NCBI GenBank assembly: GCA_017454295.1
Contig: JAFTDF010000030.1
Coordinates: forward strand, 79,089-143,088
Source: Bacilli bacterium
GTDB lineage: Bacteria; Bacillota_I; Bacilli_A; RFN20; CAG-826
DNA length: 64,000 nucleotides
Direction of reading: 5' to 3'
The position numbers and the translations under genes are program-made. Within the stretch, counting starts at the first letter, position 1, and each line of letters opens with the position of its first letter. This document shows positions 1 to 9,641 of this stretch, one piece after another. The notes below the pieces were generated by a model. That model was not told the origin of the DNA, searched no databases, and saw only the letters and a list, made by a program, of their open reading frames with translations.

Positions 1-516
1 GGGGTAATGCATCACCTGCATATAGAAGGGAATCATCAGATAGACGTTGATGAACATGGCCACCACCACTTGTACCAAAGTGGCGATGCCAAATCCGATG
101 GCCACCCCCTTGAGGTTGCGCTTTTTCTTATAGATCCAAGTGGCAATGCCCACATAGAGGGAGGAAAGAATCAAATCGGTAAGCTCGCCGACTAAGAAAG
201 TACGGGACATCGGCAATTTGATAATGGTTTTGATCGCGACCACGGCAATTCCCGAAAGCGGGCCATAGGCAAATCCGGCGATAAAGGCCGGGATTTCGTC
301 CACGTGGATTTCCAAAAAGGAAGGGAAGATCGGAATCGAAAATTTAAAGACCGGAACCACATACAACACGGTGGCAATCGCCCCGAAGACCCCGACACGG
401 GCCATGAAGCGGACCGGGTTATAATCGCGGGAAGGGTAATGATCCATGAACAAGCGGAACAAGAGGACGCTAGCGACCAAGAAGGACCCGATTCCCAAAT
501 AGGTCATCCATTCCAT
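1..516 (-). CDS. ribU: ECF-transporter S component, riboflavin-type (RibU-like), C-terminus outside window
   Basis: Not in the ORF track because it runs off the window. Reverse-strand ATG at 516 lies 9 nt after GGAGG (530..526). Translation MEWMTYLGIGSFLVASVLLF...IPAFIAGFAYGP... is multi-TM and open to position 1. It sits directly downstream of an FMN riboswitch. Confidence 0.7.
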   Translation of the reverse strand, partial: MEWMTYLGIGSFLVASVLLFRLFMDHYPSRDYNPVRFMARVGVFGAIATVLYVVPVFKFSIPIFPSFLEIHVDEIPAFIAGFAYGPLSGIAVVAIKTIIKLPMSRTFLVGELTDLILSSLYVGIATWIYKKKRNLKGVAIGFGIATLVQVVVAMFINVYLMIPFYMQVMHYP

Positions 517-544
517 AAAAGAAAACCTCCGATCAAAACTTCGA

Positions 545-672
545 AGGCGAAAAGGGGTATTCCTTCTTCCGTCCGGACTTTACCGTTGGCGATGGAATCT
601 CACCATCTCATGCCATAGAGGCTCGCGGGCTATACCGCCAGTCGACGTAATTCTCGTCGCCCTGAAGTAACC
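545..672 (-). promoter_or_regulatory. FMN riboswitch (RFN element)
   Basis: The reverse complement reads cttcagggcgacgagaattacgtcgactggcggtatagcccgcgagcc...gatggtgagattccatcgccaacggtaaagtccggacggaagaagga. This matches the conserved RFN cores (AGGGC..GAAATTCC..CGGCGGTA.AGCCCGCGAGC..GGTGAAATTCC..GCCGACAGTAAAGTC.GGATG.GAGAAGGA). Confidence 0.85.
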
Positions 673-674
673 AA

Positions 675-702
675 ATTATAAAATGGCCTGGATAGAATGC
701 AA
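675..702 (-). promoter_or_regulatory. candidate sigma-A promoter for FMN riboswitch/ribU
   Basis: Minus strand has TTGCAT (702..697), a 16-nt spacer, then TATAAT (680..675). This is about 7 nt before the first riboswitch nucleotides. Confidence 0.4.
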
Positions 703-714
703 CGAAGATGCAAG

Positions 715-1560
715 CTAAGCGGCTTTGTTTTCAAATAGATCGGCGATGAAGCGTTGTTTCGCCTCTTCGCTATCGAAGCGGATACGGATTTCCTTGCGTC
801 CTTCCACGACCGTTCCTTTATAGGCACGTGCCCCTTCTTTTAGGGCTGAGGAGGCATTCACGCAATCGCGAAGATCTTGGACGTAGCGTTCGGTGGCCCG
901 CACGGAAAGATGACCTTCGTAAATCGCTTTCGCCACCATCAAGGCGGTTGCCTCGTCGAGTCCGGCGAGGGCTCTAGCGTGTCCATAGGACAATTTCCCT
1001 TGGTTGAGATCCGACCGCAAGGAAGTAGGCAAACCAAGCAAACGCAAGGTATTGGCGATTTGGCTACGGGATTGATGCGTCAATCCGGCTAAGGTCGTCA
1101 CCTTATAGCCGAAGCGGCTTTGCAACTCATGGCAAAGCAAGGCCATTTCCAAAATCGAAGATTCTCGTTGGTCGCGGTTATCCGCTAATAGGACCAAGAG
1201 TTCCTCTTCTTCCCCGATATCGGTGATGACGGCAGGCAAGGAAACGATGCCGGCGGCCTTGGCACCAAAAAGACGTTTGCGCCCGAGCACCAATTCATAA
1301 CGATCGCCTTTGCGCTTCAAAACGAGCGGATTATAGATGCCCCGTGAACGCAATTGCTCGGCGAAAGAGGCCACGACGTCGGCGCGGATCGGGGCTTCGG
1401 CGATAAAGCGATTATCATCGATGGACTCGGTAGAAATCAGACGGGTTGGAGCGCTTTGGTAGCGCTTCTCCATTTCCTCGACAACGTCTTCTTTTTGGAA
1501 GCGTTGCACCAAGTCGGAAAGCGAGGCGTTTAGCAAAGCGGATTTCTTCTTACCGCTCAT
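715..1560 (-). CDS. parB: chromosome partitioning protein ParB/Spo0J
   Basis: Start taken at MSGKKKSALL (ATG 1560). The upstream part of the 347-aa track ORF overlaps parA and is discarded. ParB-box-like LGRKRLFGAKAAG and the HTH region TTLAGLTHQSRSQIANTLRLLGLP are present. Follows parA with an 11-nt overlap. Confidence 0.88.
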   Translation of the reverse strand: MSGKKKSALLNASLSDLVQRFQKEDVVEEMEKRYQSAPTRLISTESIDDNRFIAEAPIRADVVASFAEQLRSRGIYNPLVLKRKGDRYELVLGRKRLFGAKAAGIVSLPAVITDIGEEEELLVLLADNRDQRESSILEMALLCHELQSRFGYKVTTLAGLTHQSRSQIANTLRLLGLPTSLRSDLNQGKLSYGHARALAGLDEATALMVAKAIYEGHLSVRATERYVQDLRDCVNASSALKEGARAYKGTVVEGRKEIRIRFDSEEAKQRFIADLFENKAA

Positions 1561-2320
1561 GGTCGAGGACCTCCCTGGCCAAAGAGAAATAGGCTTGGGC
1601 CCCGGATGAGGTTGGACGGAATGTGGTGACCGGTTGTTGACGGGCTTGCGACTCGGCCACGGATTGGTTTCTGGGAATCGAAACCAGGAAGGTGTTTTCT
1701 TTGAAAAGGCGACGCACTTCGGCGGCGATTTCGGTGCCGAGTTGGGTCCGATTGTCATACATCGTCAACAGGAAGCCTTCGATTTTTAAGGTGGGGTTAT
1801 AGCTCTTTTGGACCTGGTTGATCGTCGATAAGATGGCGGCCACCGCTTCCATGGCGAAGTATTCGCATTGGACGGGGATCAACACCGAATCGGAAAACGC
1901 TAAGGCGTTAAGGGAAAGCAAGCCCAAGGAAGGCGGACAATCGATGATGATGTAATCGTAAAGTTTCTTTGTTTCTTTTAAGGCGTTGGCTAACAAAGCG
2001 AAAGGGGCTTCAACGGGATGTTGGAACAAGGAGGCTTCAAGCGAGGCCAACGTCAAATTGCTGGGAATGACATCGAGTTGGCTAAACACGGTGGGAAGGG
2101 TCGCTTCTTTCGGCGAGGCTTCCCCACGGAGAACATGGAGGATCGTCCTTTCGCAACCTGAGGGATCAATGCCCAATCCATTGCCGGCATTGCCTTGGGG
2201 ATCCATGTCCAACAGCAAAACGCGCTTTCCGAACTTGCCTAAGGCAGCGGAGAGATTGATCGCGGTCGTCGTTTTTCCGACGCCGCCTTTTTGGTTGGCG
2301 ATGGCGATGACTTTTCCCAT
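1550..2320 (-). CDS. soj: ParA/Soj partition ATPase
   Basis: MGKVIAIANQKGGVGKTTTAINLSAAL carries the deviant Walker A. Start moved to ATG 2320. Confidence 0.9.
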   Translation of the reverse strand: MGKVIAIANQKGGVGKTTTAINLSAALGKFGKRVLLLDMDPQGNAGNGLGIDPSGCERTILHVLRGEASPKEATLPTVFSQLDVIPSNLTLASLEASLFQHPVEAPFALLANALKETKKLYDYIIIDCPPSLGLLSLNALAFSDSVLIPVQCEYFAMEAVAAILSTINQVQKSYNPTLKIEGFLLTMYDNRTQLGTEIAAEVRRLFKENTFLVSIPRNQSVAESQARQQPVTTFRPTSSGAQAYFSLAREVLDHER

Positions 2321-2330
2321 GTTGTTTATT

Positions 2331-3029
2331 CTACTGGTTCGCGCGTTTGATTTCATCCCACCGGCGCGGGAAACGGTTGGGGGTGGGTTTCTCTTTGACG
2401 AAAACCATATTAGCGCGACACCCCGCCTCGGGCAGTTGTTCTAAATCGACGCGTTCCAAACGCAAGCCAAGCGTTTTGCTGATTGCTTTGGCCTTCTCCC
2501 ATTCTTCTTGGTAAGAGGCCCCCTTCATGGCCAGGACGGTTCCCCCGACTTTCACATAAGGGGCGGCGCATTCTAAAAAGATCGGCAAAGCGGCAAAGCC
2601 ACGGGCAATGGCCAAGTCAAATCCACAGGGCGGAACAGGCCGTTCTTCGATGCGCCCGTTGACGAAGGAAACATTGGTTAAACCAAGCTCGTTGCAGACC
2701 TCCCGCAAGAAGGCGAACTTCTTCGCGGTGGCATCGAGCACGGTGACTTTGGCGCTAGGGCAAACAAGAGCGATCACAAGCCCCGGAAAACCACCGCCAG
2801 AGCCGATATCTAAGATAGTTTTCCCTGCAAAATCGGTATTTTTTAACGGTAAAACGGAATCGGCGAAGTGTTTCTCATAAACCCCATCCTCATCCACGAT
2901 GGAGGTGAGATTCATCCGCTGATTCCACTGGGCAAGCAACGAAAAATAGCGGGCGAATTTGGATAACAAAAGCTCGGTGGGCTCAATGCCGCACTCGGTT
3001 AGGGTCTTTTGCAACAGCGCGACGCTCAT
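2331..3029 (-). CDS. rsmG: 16S rRNA (guanine527-N7)-methyltransferase RsmG
   Basis: SAM-binding motif ILDIGSGGGFPGLVIA, about 230 aa, in the classic position after mnmG. Confidence 0.9.
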   Translation of the reverse strand: MSVALLQKTLTECGIEPTELLLSKFARYFSLLAQWNQRMNLTSIVDEDGVYEKHFADSVLPLKNTDFAGKTILDIGSGGGFPGLVIALVCPSAKVTVLDATAKKFAFLREVCNELGLTNVSFVNGRIEERPVPPCGFDLAIARGFAALPIFLECAAPYVKVGGTVLAMKGASYQEEWEKAKAISKTLGLRLERVDLEQLPEAGCRANMVFVKEKPTPNRFPRRWDEIKRANQ

Positions 3030-4906
3030 TTCGATTTCCTCTTTTTCAAGTTCAATAATAATATCGAAACATCCGCCGGATTGACACCCGCGATGCGGGA
3101 AGCCTGACCCACGGAACGCGGCCGGACCGCATCCAGTTTTTGCCGCGCTTCCAAACGAAGCCCGTCCATATGCAAATAATCGAGATCTTCCGGCAAGGCC
3201 ATCTCCTCGGCCTTCTTCACGGATTCGGCTTCGAGTTCTTGCTTCTTCAAATAACCTTCGTATTTGACCTTGGTTTCTAAAGCGAGGACGGCGTCTTCGT
3301 GGAAATGGAACGGCTCAAGTTCGGGCATCAAAGCGGCCAAGCGGCGATAAGAGAAGCCGGGGCGCTTCAGCAAATCGAAACCTTTGAATCCTTCGTTGCT
3401 AGAAGGAAGGCCAAGCTCAGCAAAATAAGCATTCAAGCCCGCCTTATCGGCGACGTTAGTGGTCTTTAAAACATGAATCGCGGCCTGGATTTTGGCTTGC
3501 TTATCCAAGAAATCCTGGTAACGCGCATCGTTTAATAGGCCCACTTCATGACCATGACGGGATAAGCGTTCATCGGCATTATCGTGGCGTAACAATAAGC
3601 GAAATTCGGCGCGAGAGGACAAAAGGCGATAGGGTTCATCGGTGCCCTTGGTGACCAAGTCATCGATCATGACGCCGATATAGGCCTCTTCTCGTCCAAG
3701 GATAAACGGCGGCTTTCCTTCGAGGGATAAGGCGGCGTTAATGCCCGCCATCAACCCAAGGCCAGCGGCTTCTTCATAACCAGAAGTACCGCAAAGCTGG
3801 CCCGCCACATAGAGGCCTTCGTATTTTTTGATCCGCAAGGTCGCATCATATTCTTCCGGTTGCACGGCGTCATATTCGATTTGATAGGCGTATTTGAGGA
3901 TCTTGGCGTGCTCAAGCCCTGGCAAGGAATGCACCATCTCTTCTTGGATCTCGTGAGAGAAACCGGTGGAAAAGCCTTGGAGATAGATGGACTCCCCATT
4001 TTCAAATTCGGGTTCTAAGAACAATTGGTGACGCGGCTTGTCGCTGAAACGCACCACTTTCGATTCGATGGATGGACAATAACGGGGACCCGTGGATTGG
4101 ATCAATCCGTTGAATAAGGCCGACTCCTGAAGGTGGTCGTGAATGATTTGGAGCGTCTTCTCACTGGTATAAATCAAATAGCAGGGAAGCTGTTCTTCTT
4201 TGCCATAGACCTTGTGGTTTTGGAAGCTAAAGCAAAGCTCGCCTTCCATGCCCTCTTCGATACGGCCTTGGGAGAAATCGATGCTCGAACGGGCAATCCG
4301 CGGCGGGGTTCCCGTTTTCAGTCTCCATAATTGAATCCCCATGGCTTGCAGGCAAGGGGTTAACGCCAAAGAGGCCTTTTCCCCATCCGGCCCTTGATCG
4401 ATCGCGGTCTGTCCGGAAATGACTTTGGCGCAAAGATAAGTGCCGGTGGTCAAAATGACGCGTTTGGCGAAGATTTGTTCTCCGTTAGCGAGGATGACAC
4501 CTTGAATCTTACCCGCTTCATAGAGCAGACCCGTGACTTCGTTTTCCTCAATCGTGAGGTTGGGTGTTTGTTCTAGCAGCGACAACACCGCGGCAGGATA
4601 ACCGCGTTTATCTTGTTGGGAACGAAGACATTGGACGCCCGGCCCTTTGCCGGTATTGAGCATTTTGATTTGCAGGGGATGCATATCCGCGGCAATGCCC
4701 ATAATGCCACCAAGGGCATCGACCTCGCGCACCACCACGCCTTTGGCACTGCCCCCGATGTGGGGATTGCATGGCATGTTGGCGATCATTTCTTTATGAA
4801 GGGTTAGCAAAAGGGTGGCATGCCCCATGGCGGCGGTAGCGTGGCTCGCTTCCACCCCGGCATGTCCCCCACCGACAACGATGACATCGAATTGGCGGTT
4901 GCTCAT
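3026..4906 (-). CDS. mnmG: tRNA uridine 5-carboxymethylaminomethyl modification enzyme MnmG (GidA)
   Basis: N-terminal FAD motif [14 protein letters not shown], 626 aa, 4-nt overlap with rsmG. Confidence 0.95.
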   Translation of the reverse strand: MSNRQFDVIVVGGGHAGVEASHATAAMGHATLLLTLHKEMIANMPCNPHIGGSAKGVVVREVDALGGIMGIAADMHPLQIKMLNTGKGPGVQCLRSQQDKRGYPAAVLSLLEQTPNLTIEENEVTGLLYEAGKIQGVILANGEQIFAKRVILTTGTYLCAKVISGQTAIDQGPDGEKASLALTPCLQAMGIQLWRLKTGTPPRIARSSIDFSQGRIEEGMEGELCFSFQNHKVYGKEEQLPCYLIYTSEKTLQIIHDHLQESALFNGLIQSTGPRYCPSIESKVVRFSDKPRHQLFLEPEFENGESIYLQGFSTGFSHEIQEEMVHSLPGLEHAKILKYAYQIEYDAVQPEEYDATLRIKKYEGLYVAGQLCGTSGYEEAAGLGLMAGINAALSLEGKPPFILGREEAYIGVMIDDLVTKGTDEPYRLLSSRAEFRLLLRHDNADERLSRHGHEVGLLNDARYQDFLDKQAKIQAAIHVLKTTNVADKAGLNAYFAELGLPSSNEGFKGFDLLKRPGFSYRRLAALMPELEPFHFHEDAVLALETKVKYEGYLKKQELEAESVKKAEEMALPEDLDYLHMDGLRLEARQKLDAVRPRSVGQASRIAGVNPADVSILLLNLKKRKSK

Positions 4907-6300
4907 CCCACCGATCCTTCCATGTCCATCTTGATCAGCTGGTTCAATTCGACCGCGTATTCCATCGGCAATTCTTTGGCAAAGGGATCGATGAAGCCCA
5001 TGATGATCATCTGGGTGGCTTCTTTTTCGCTGAGGCCGCGGCTCATCAGATAGAAGAGCTGGTCGGCGTTGATTTTGGAGACGGTCGCTTCATGCTCAAT
5101 GAAGGAATCGTCGTTTTTGATTTGGTTATGGGGAATGGTGTCGCTACGGGAAATATCATCCAAAATCAACGTGTCGCATTCGACATGGGATTTGGAACCT
5201 TGGGCGTTCTCGTGCATCCGGACGGTACCCCGGAAATTGGCGACGCCGCCTTGGCTGACGACCGACTTCGAAACGATATTAGAAGAGGTATGCTTTCCGA
5301 TGTGGATCATGCGGGCACCGGAATCTTGGTATTGGCCTTTTTTCGCCACGGCGATGGTGATGGTCGAGCCCCGGGCATAATCCCCCTCCAAGATACAAGC
5401 CGGATACTTCATGGTCGTCATCGAGCCGATATTCCCATCGACCCATTCCATGAAGCCATTCTCCCCCACTCGCGCCCTTTGGGTCACGAGATTGAGGATG
5501 TTATTCGACCAGTTTTGGATGGTGGTGTAACGGACGTGGGCGTTCTTCTCCACGACGATTTCGACCACCCCAACATGAAGTGAATCGCGAGAATAGGTCG
5601 GGGCCGTACAACCCTCGACATAATGGATATCGGCGCCTTCGTCGGCAATGATCAATGTGCGTTCGAATTGGCCGGTTTTTTCGTTGTTAATCCGGAAATA
5701 ACTCTGCAAAGGCTTATCCAATTTCACGTTTTTGGGAACATAGATAAAAGATCCACCGCTCCAAACGGCGCCGTTTAAAGCGGAGAATTTAGAGTCGGCC
5801 ACGGGGATGACGGTCCCAAAATATTTACGGAAAATATCGGGGAACATCCTTAATCCCATTTCGATCGAAAGGAAGATGACGCCCTTCTCTTTCACCTCTT
5901 CTAGCATGTTGTGGTAAACGACTTCGGATTCATACTGGGTGGAGGCGCCGGAAAGGAACTTCTGCTCCGCTTCGGGAATCCCCAAACGGGCAAAGGTCTG
6001 CTTCACCGTTTCGGGCACGTCTTCCCAACGATTGCTCTCGCCTTTGGCCACCTTGGTGTAATAGGTGTAGGAAGAGAAATCCATCTCGGAAAGATCGGGT
6101 CCAAACCGAGGCATGGGCATGGCGTTGAATTTCTTCAAGGCGTCCAGGCGGAATTGGAGCATCCATTCGGGCTCGCCCTTTTGACGGGAGATTTCCCGAA
6201 CGACGTCTTCGTTTAGGCCAACGCCGGTGTCGAAAATCGAGACGTTTTCGTCCTTGATTTCGACGGCATTCAATTCGGCTTCCTTAGTGGCCATGGTCAT
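4903..6300 (-). CDS. sufB: Fe-S cluster assembly scaffold SufB
   Basis: 465 aa, with SufB-type sequence throughout (…[21 protein letters not shown]…EHEATVSKI…[15 protein letters not shown]). Lies in the suf gene context. Confidence 0.95.
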   Translation of the reverse strand: MTMATKEAELNAVEIKDENVSIFDTGVGLNEDVVREISRQKGEPEWMLQFRLDALKKFNAMPMPRFGPDLSEMDFSSYTYYTKVAKGESNRWEDVPETVKQTFARLGIPEAEQKFLSGASTQYESEVVYHNMLEEVKEKGVIFLSIEMGLRMFPDIFRKYFGTVIPVADSKFSALNGAVWSGGSFIYVPKNVKLDKPLQSYFRINNEKTGQFERTLIIADEGADIHYVEGCTAPTYSRDSLHVGVVEIVVEKNAHVRYTTIQNWSNNILNLVTQRARVGENGFMEWVDGNIGSMTTMKYPACILEGDYARGSTITIAVAKKGQYQDSGARMIHIGKHTSSNIVSKSVVSQGGVANFRGTVRMHENAQGSKSHVECDTLILDDISRSDTIPHNQIKNDDSFIEHEATVSKINADQLFYLMSRGLSEKEATQMIIMGFIDPFAKELPMEYAVELNQLIKMDMEGSVG

Positions 6301-6733
6301 GCTCCTTCAATAGGGAGGCAAACGCATCCCAGCCGATGGTGGCGCAATGGATGCGCGCTGCCTGGCGGAAGGTGTTTTGGAACGCCAACGCTTCTTCTAA
6401 GGGCTCGGGATCATAGGGCTCCTCGTGAAGCATGTGGGTATATTGCTGTAGCAGATAGTCGGCTTCTTCCTTGGTTTTGCCGACTAAGAGGTCGCAAACG
6501 ATATCGCTGGAAGCCGTGGAAATGGCACAGGCAACGCCATCCCAAGAAGCTTCGGCCACTTTATCGCCATCAAAACGGAGATAGACGGTGATATCGTCGA
6601 TGCAGTTGACGGAAGCACTGTGGGCGGATAAAAGCCCATCCCCTTCCATCGGGTGTTTGTTTCTGGGGTTGGAATAATGGTCCATGATGATCGCCCGCAT
6701 CATTTCGGGCGTTAACTCAAAGGAAGTAGGCAT
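6284..6733 (-). CDS. sufU: SUF system zinc-dependent sulfur transfer protein SufU
   Basis: [12 protein letters not shown] start region and Cys/Asp ligand motifs (NCIDDI, ACAIS). Start chosen at [10 protein letters not shown] (6733) rather than the track start 6826, which lies inside sufS. Confidence 0.85.
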   Translation of the reverse strand: MPTSFELTPEMMRAIIMDHYSNPRNKHPMEGDGLLSAHSASVNCIDDITVYLRFDGDKVAEASWDGVACAISTASSDIVCDLLVGKTKEEADYLLQQYTHMLHEEPYDPEPLEEALAFQNTFRQAARIHCATIGWDAFASLLKEHDHGH

Positions 6734-7949
6734 CGAGATAATCCTCCGAATGGGCAATGGCATCGACAAGGGCATCGATGTCTTCTTTGCTGGTATAGAG
6801 ATAGAAGGAAGCGCGAACCGTGGCAAGCGTGCCTAAGAAATCGGTCAGGATCTTGGCGCAATGCTGGCCCGAGCGCACGGCAATGCCGCGGCTATTGAGG
6901 AACGTGGCCGCATCCTGGGCGAAGATCCCCTGAATATTGAAGGTCACGATCCCGGCTTCGGAATCTTTGTTATAGAGAATGACTTTATCGAGTTTGCTAA
7001 GCTTCTCGACCGCATAACGTTTTAGTTCACGTTCATGGGCCTCGATGCGATCCATCCCCACGCTTTGGAGATAATCGATCGCGGCTTTCAGCCCATAGAT
7101 ACCGGCCAAATGCTGCGTGCCGGCTTCGAAACGCAGCGGCGGAGCCAAATACCCAACATCCCCACAAAGATCGAACTTGGCATTCATGCCACCGCCGGTC
7201 ATAAATGGGTCGGTGTCCACCAATAAGTCATATTTGCCATAGAGCACGCCAATACCGGTCGGCCCGCAAAGCTTATGGCCGGAGAAGGCCAAGAAATCGC
7301 AATCGAGATCTTTGACGTTAATGGCGATATGCGGCACCGATTGGGCGCCATCGCAAACCAAAACAGCGCCATGCTTATGGGCGATCGCCGCTAAGGCTTT
7401 GATATCGGCTTGATAGCCCAACACGTTGGTGATATGGGCCACGGAAACGATTTTCGTGCGCGGCGTGATGACCTTTTCGAGGTTTTCGGGCGTCAATCTG
7501 CCTTCTTTGGTTAACGGGATATAGCCCACGCGGCAGCCGGTCATTTCGGCGACCTTAAACCAGGGCAAAACGTTGGAAGCATGCTCGGCTTCGGTGAGTA
7601 AAATCTCGTCGCCGGCTTGAAGATGCTTCGCCCCGTATCCGAAGGCGACCAAGTTCAAGGAAGCGGTCGTTCCGGCGGTGAACACGGTTTCTTCGGGTTT
7701 GGCTCCAATGAAAGCAGCCACGGTTTTCCGCGCTTCGGCCACTGCCAAATCCGCGTGATAGGAAAGGTCATAGTCCCCACGATGGGAGTTGGACGTTTCC
7801 TCAGTGTAATAACGGGTGATCGCGGCAATGACGGAATCGGGTTTGAAGGTGGTCGAGGCGTTGTCGAGCCAAATCAAAGGTTTCCCCTGCATCTGGGGAT
7901 GGTTGTAATACATCGGGAAATCGGCCCGGATTTTCTTTACGTCTAACAT
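6717..7949 (-). CDS. sufS: cysteine desulfurase SufS
   Basis: PLP-lysine region FSGHKLCGPTGIG and catalytic cysteine RSGQHCA. 410 aa. Confidence 0.95.
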   Translation of the reverse strand: MLDVKKIRADFPMYYNHPQMQGKPLIWLDNASTTFKPDSVIAAITRYYTEETSNSHRGDYDLSYHADLAVAEARKTVAAFIGAKPEETVFTAGTTASLNLVAFGYGAKHLQAGDEILLTEAEHASNVLPWFKVAEMTGCRVGYIPLTKEGRLTPENLEKVITPRTKIVSVAHITNVLGYQADIKALAAIAHKHGAVLVCDGAQSVPHIAINVKDLDCDFLAFSGHKLCGPTGIGVLYGKYDLLVDTDPFMTGGGMNAKFDLCGDVGYLAPPLRFEAGTQHLAGIYGLKAAIDYLQSVGMDRIEAHERELKRYAVEKLSKLDKVILYNKDSEAGIVTFNIQGIFAQDAATFLNSRGIAVRSGQHCAKILTDFLGTLATVRASFYLYTSKEDIDALVDAIAHSEDYLDAYFL

Positions 7950-8620
7950 TAGAGCCCCTCCTCGATGGCCGCTTCGATGCGGTCTTTTAATTCCCCGTCG
8001 AAATAGACTTCGATGGGACGGATATACCCTAAGGTGATTAATCGTTTAGCTTGTTCCGGGGAGAGCCCGCGCGAACATAGATAGAAAATATGCTCGTCAT
8101 TGAGCTTACCCACGACGGCGCCGTGACTGGCTTTGACATCGTTTTCGTCGATTTTCAAAATGGGGTCGGCCCGGCCGTCGCACCCCGGATCGAAGATAAT
8201 GATTTTCGCGTTTTGTCTGGTTGCGGCACCCTTGGCACCCTTTTCGATGGCGGAGGTTCCTTTGAAGTGCAGTTTCCCATTTTTGGAGACGATGCCATAG
8301 TTCTCCATCAAGCCTTCGGTGTCCCCTTCTCGATGGATGATATTCGTATCGAAAACCTTTTTTGCACCAGCGCAAATCGAGGCGCTTTTCCATGTGGCTT
8401 TCGCGCCTTTGCCAAGTAAATTTACGCGCAAAACAAAGGTTCCCCCATTGCCGGAAAAATCCGCAAAAGCGCCCTCAAACGTGGCGTTTTCATGGACATT
8501 TACCGTGATTTCCACATTGGGGAATGTCGAAAAAGCGGCCAGCTTGACCCTGGCGTTTTCCCCCGGATTCACATCCAGGCGGAAAGAAGAAATCGCTTCG
8601 TCGATAAGTACCTTTTCCAT
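7949..8620 (-). CDS. sufD: short SufD-family Fe-S assembly protein
   Basis: C-terminal SufB/SufD signature (ASHGAVVGKLNDEHIFYLCSRGLSPEQAKRLI). Start at MEKVLIDE (ATG 8620), 2 nt after the sufC stop. Only 224 aa. Confidence 0.8.
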   Translation of the reverse strand: MEKVLIDEAISSFRLDVNPGENARVKLAAFSTFPNVEITVNVHENATFEGAFADFSGNGGTFVLRVNLLGKGAKATWKSASICAGAKKVFDTNIIHREGDTEGLMENYGIVSKNGKLHFKGTSAIEKGAKGAATRQNAKIIIFDPGCDGRADPILKIDENDVKASHGAVVGKLNDEHIFYLCSRGLSPEQAKRLITLGYIRPIEVYFDGELKDRIEAAIEEGL

Positions 8621-8622
8621 GG

Positions 8623-9438
8623 TTATTTTTTGAACGCTTCTTTCGTCGCGCAGACCCCGATGGATACCTTGTTCATGGGTCCATCTTCTTTCTCTAAATT
8701 GACACCCAGTTCCCGCTTGATCCACTCATAGCCTTCGGTATCGATACGCTTGTAAAGATCGGGTCCGCCTTCGACGACGATCCGGCCATTGACCATGACC
8801 GCGGTGTGGGTGGGTGTCACCATGTCGTAAAGACGGGCATAGTGGCTGACGATCAGGAAGGTTTTGCCCGCGGCCTTCTCTTCGTTGATGGCTTTGGCCA
8901 CCACTTGCATGGCGTCGACGTCCAAACCCGAATCGATTTCGTCGAGGAGGATGGTCGAGGGTTCGAGCAAGCGCATCTGCAAAATCTCGTTACGCTTCTT
9001 TTCGCCACCGGAGAACCCTTCGTTGAGATTGCGGTTGCTCATCTCAAAGGGAATCCCCATTTCCTTATAGGCGGTTTGGAGTTTGTTATAAAAGGTGAAT
9101 AAGGACATGGGCTTGTCCCGACGGACATTCAGCGCGGCCTTATAGAAATCGGCGGAATTGACACCGGGGATCTCACTGGGGTATTGCATGCCAAGGAACA
9201 GCCCGGCTTTGGAGCGTTGGTCCACCGGGAGCGAAAGCAAATCGATGCCATTGAATTCGATGCTGCCTTCCGTCACCGTGAAATTGGGATGGCCCATGAT
9301 GACCGATAAGAGGGTGGACTTGCCATGGCCATTGGGCCCAAGAAGGGCAAGCGTCTGTCCGTCTTCCACGGTCAAATTCACCCCTTTGAGGATTTCCTTG
9401 TCGCCGACGGAGGCGTGTAAATTGACGATTTTCAGCAT
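8623..9438 (-). CDS. sufC: Fe-S cluster assembly ATPase SufC
   Basis: Walker A GPNGHGKST, ABC signature FSGGEKKRNEI and Walker B ILLDEIDSGLD. AGGAG precedes the ATG. Confidence 0.95.
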   Translation of the reverse strand: MLKIVNLHASVGDKEILKGVNLTVEDGQTLALLGPNGHGKSTLLSVIMGHPNFTVTEGSIEFNGIDLLSLPVDQRSKAGLFLGMQYPSEIPGVNSADFYKAALNVRRDKPMSLFTFYNKLQTAYKEMGIPFEMSNRNLNEGFSGGEKKRNEILQMRLLEPSTILLDEIDSGLDVDAMQVVAKAINEEKAAGKTFLIVSHYARLYDMVTPTHTAVMVNGRIVVEGGPDLYKRIDTEGYEWIKRELGVNLEKEDGPMNKVSIGVCATKEAFKK

Positions 9439-9462
9439 GGCATCACTCCTGATAGCCCGCTT

Positions 9463-9491
9463 ATTCTAGCCACTAGTGGTGTAGGAAACAA
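9463..9491 (-). promoter_or_regulatory. candidate promoter of the suf...parB block
   Basis: Minus strand has TTGTTT (9491..9486), a 17-nt spacer, then TAGAAT (9468..9463). The spacer contains the perfect palindrome CCACTAGTGG (9471..9480). Confidence 0.4.
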
Positions 9492-9574
9492 ACGATTTGA
9501 TAAAAAATTTGCTTCCCAAAGATACATCTTTGTCTCAAAACCGAAATCTGGGGCAAAAACGGGGCGAATTTCTG

Positions 9575-9603
9575 TTGTAACAAGTATTGTTAAAGTATAT
9601 GAT
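9575..9603 (+). promoter_or_regulatory. candidate promoter of the lipoprotein pair
   Basis: TTGTAA (9575..9580), a 17-nt spacer, then TATGAT (9598..9603). AGGAGG lies upstream of ATG 9642. Confidence 0.4.
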
Positions 9604-9641
9604 TTATCCGCTACGTTCAGAAACAGGAGGAACGAGTTAGT

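Noticed and set aside
715-2330. Search for parS (TGTTNCACGTGAAACA) near parAB
   Set aside because: I found no full or near-full match by eye anywhere in the window. Only half-site-like CGTGAAAAC strings occur, at about 18573 and 45015.
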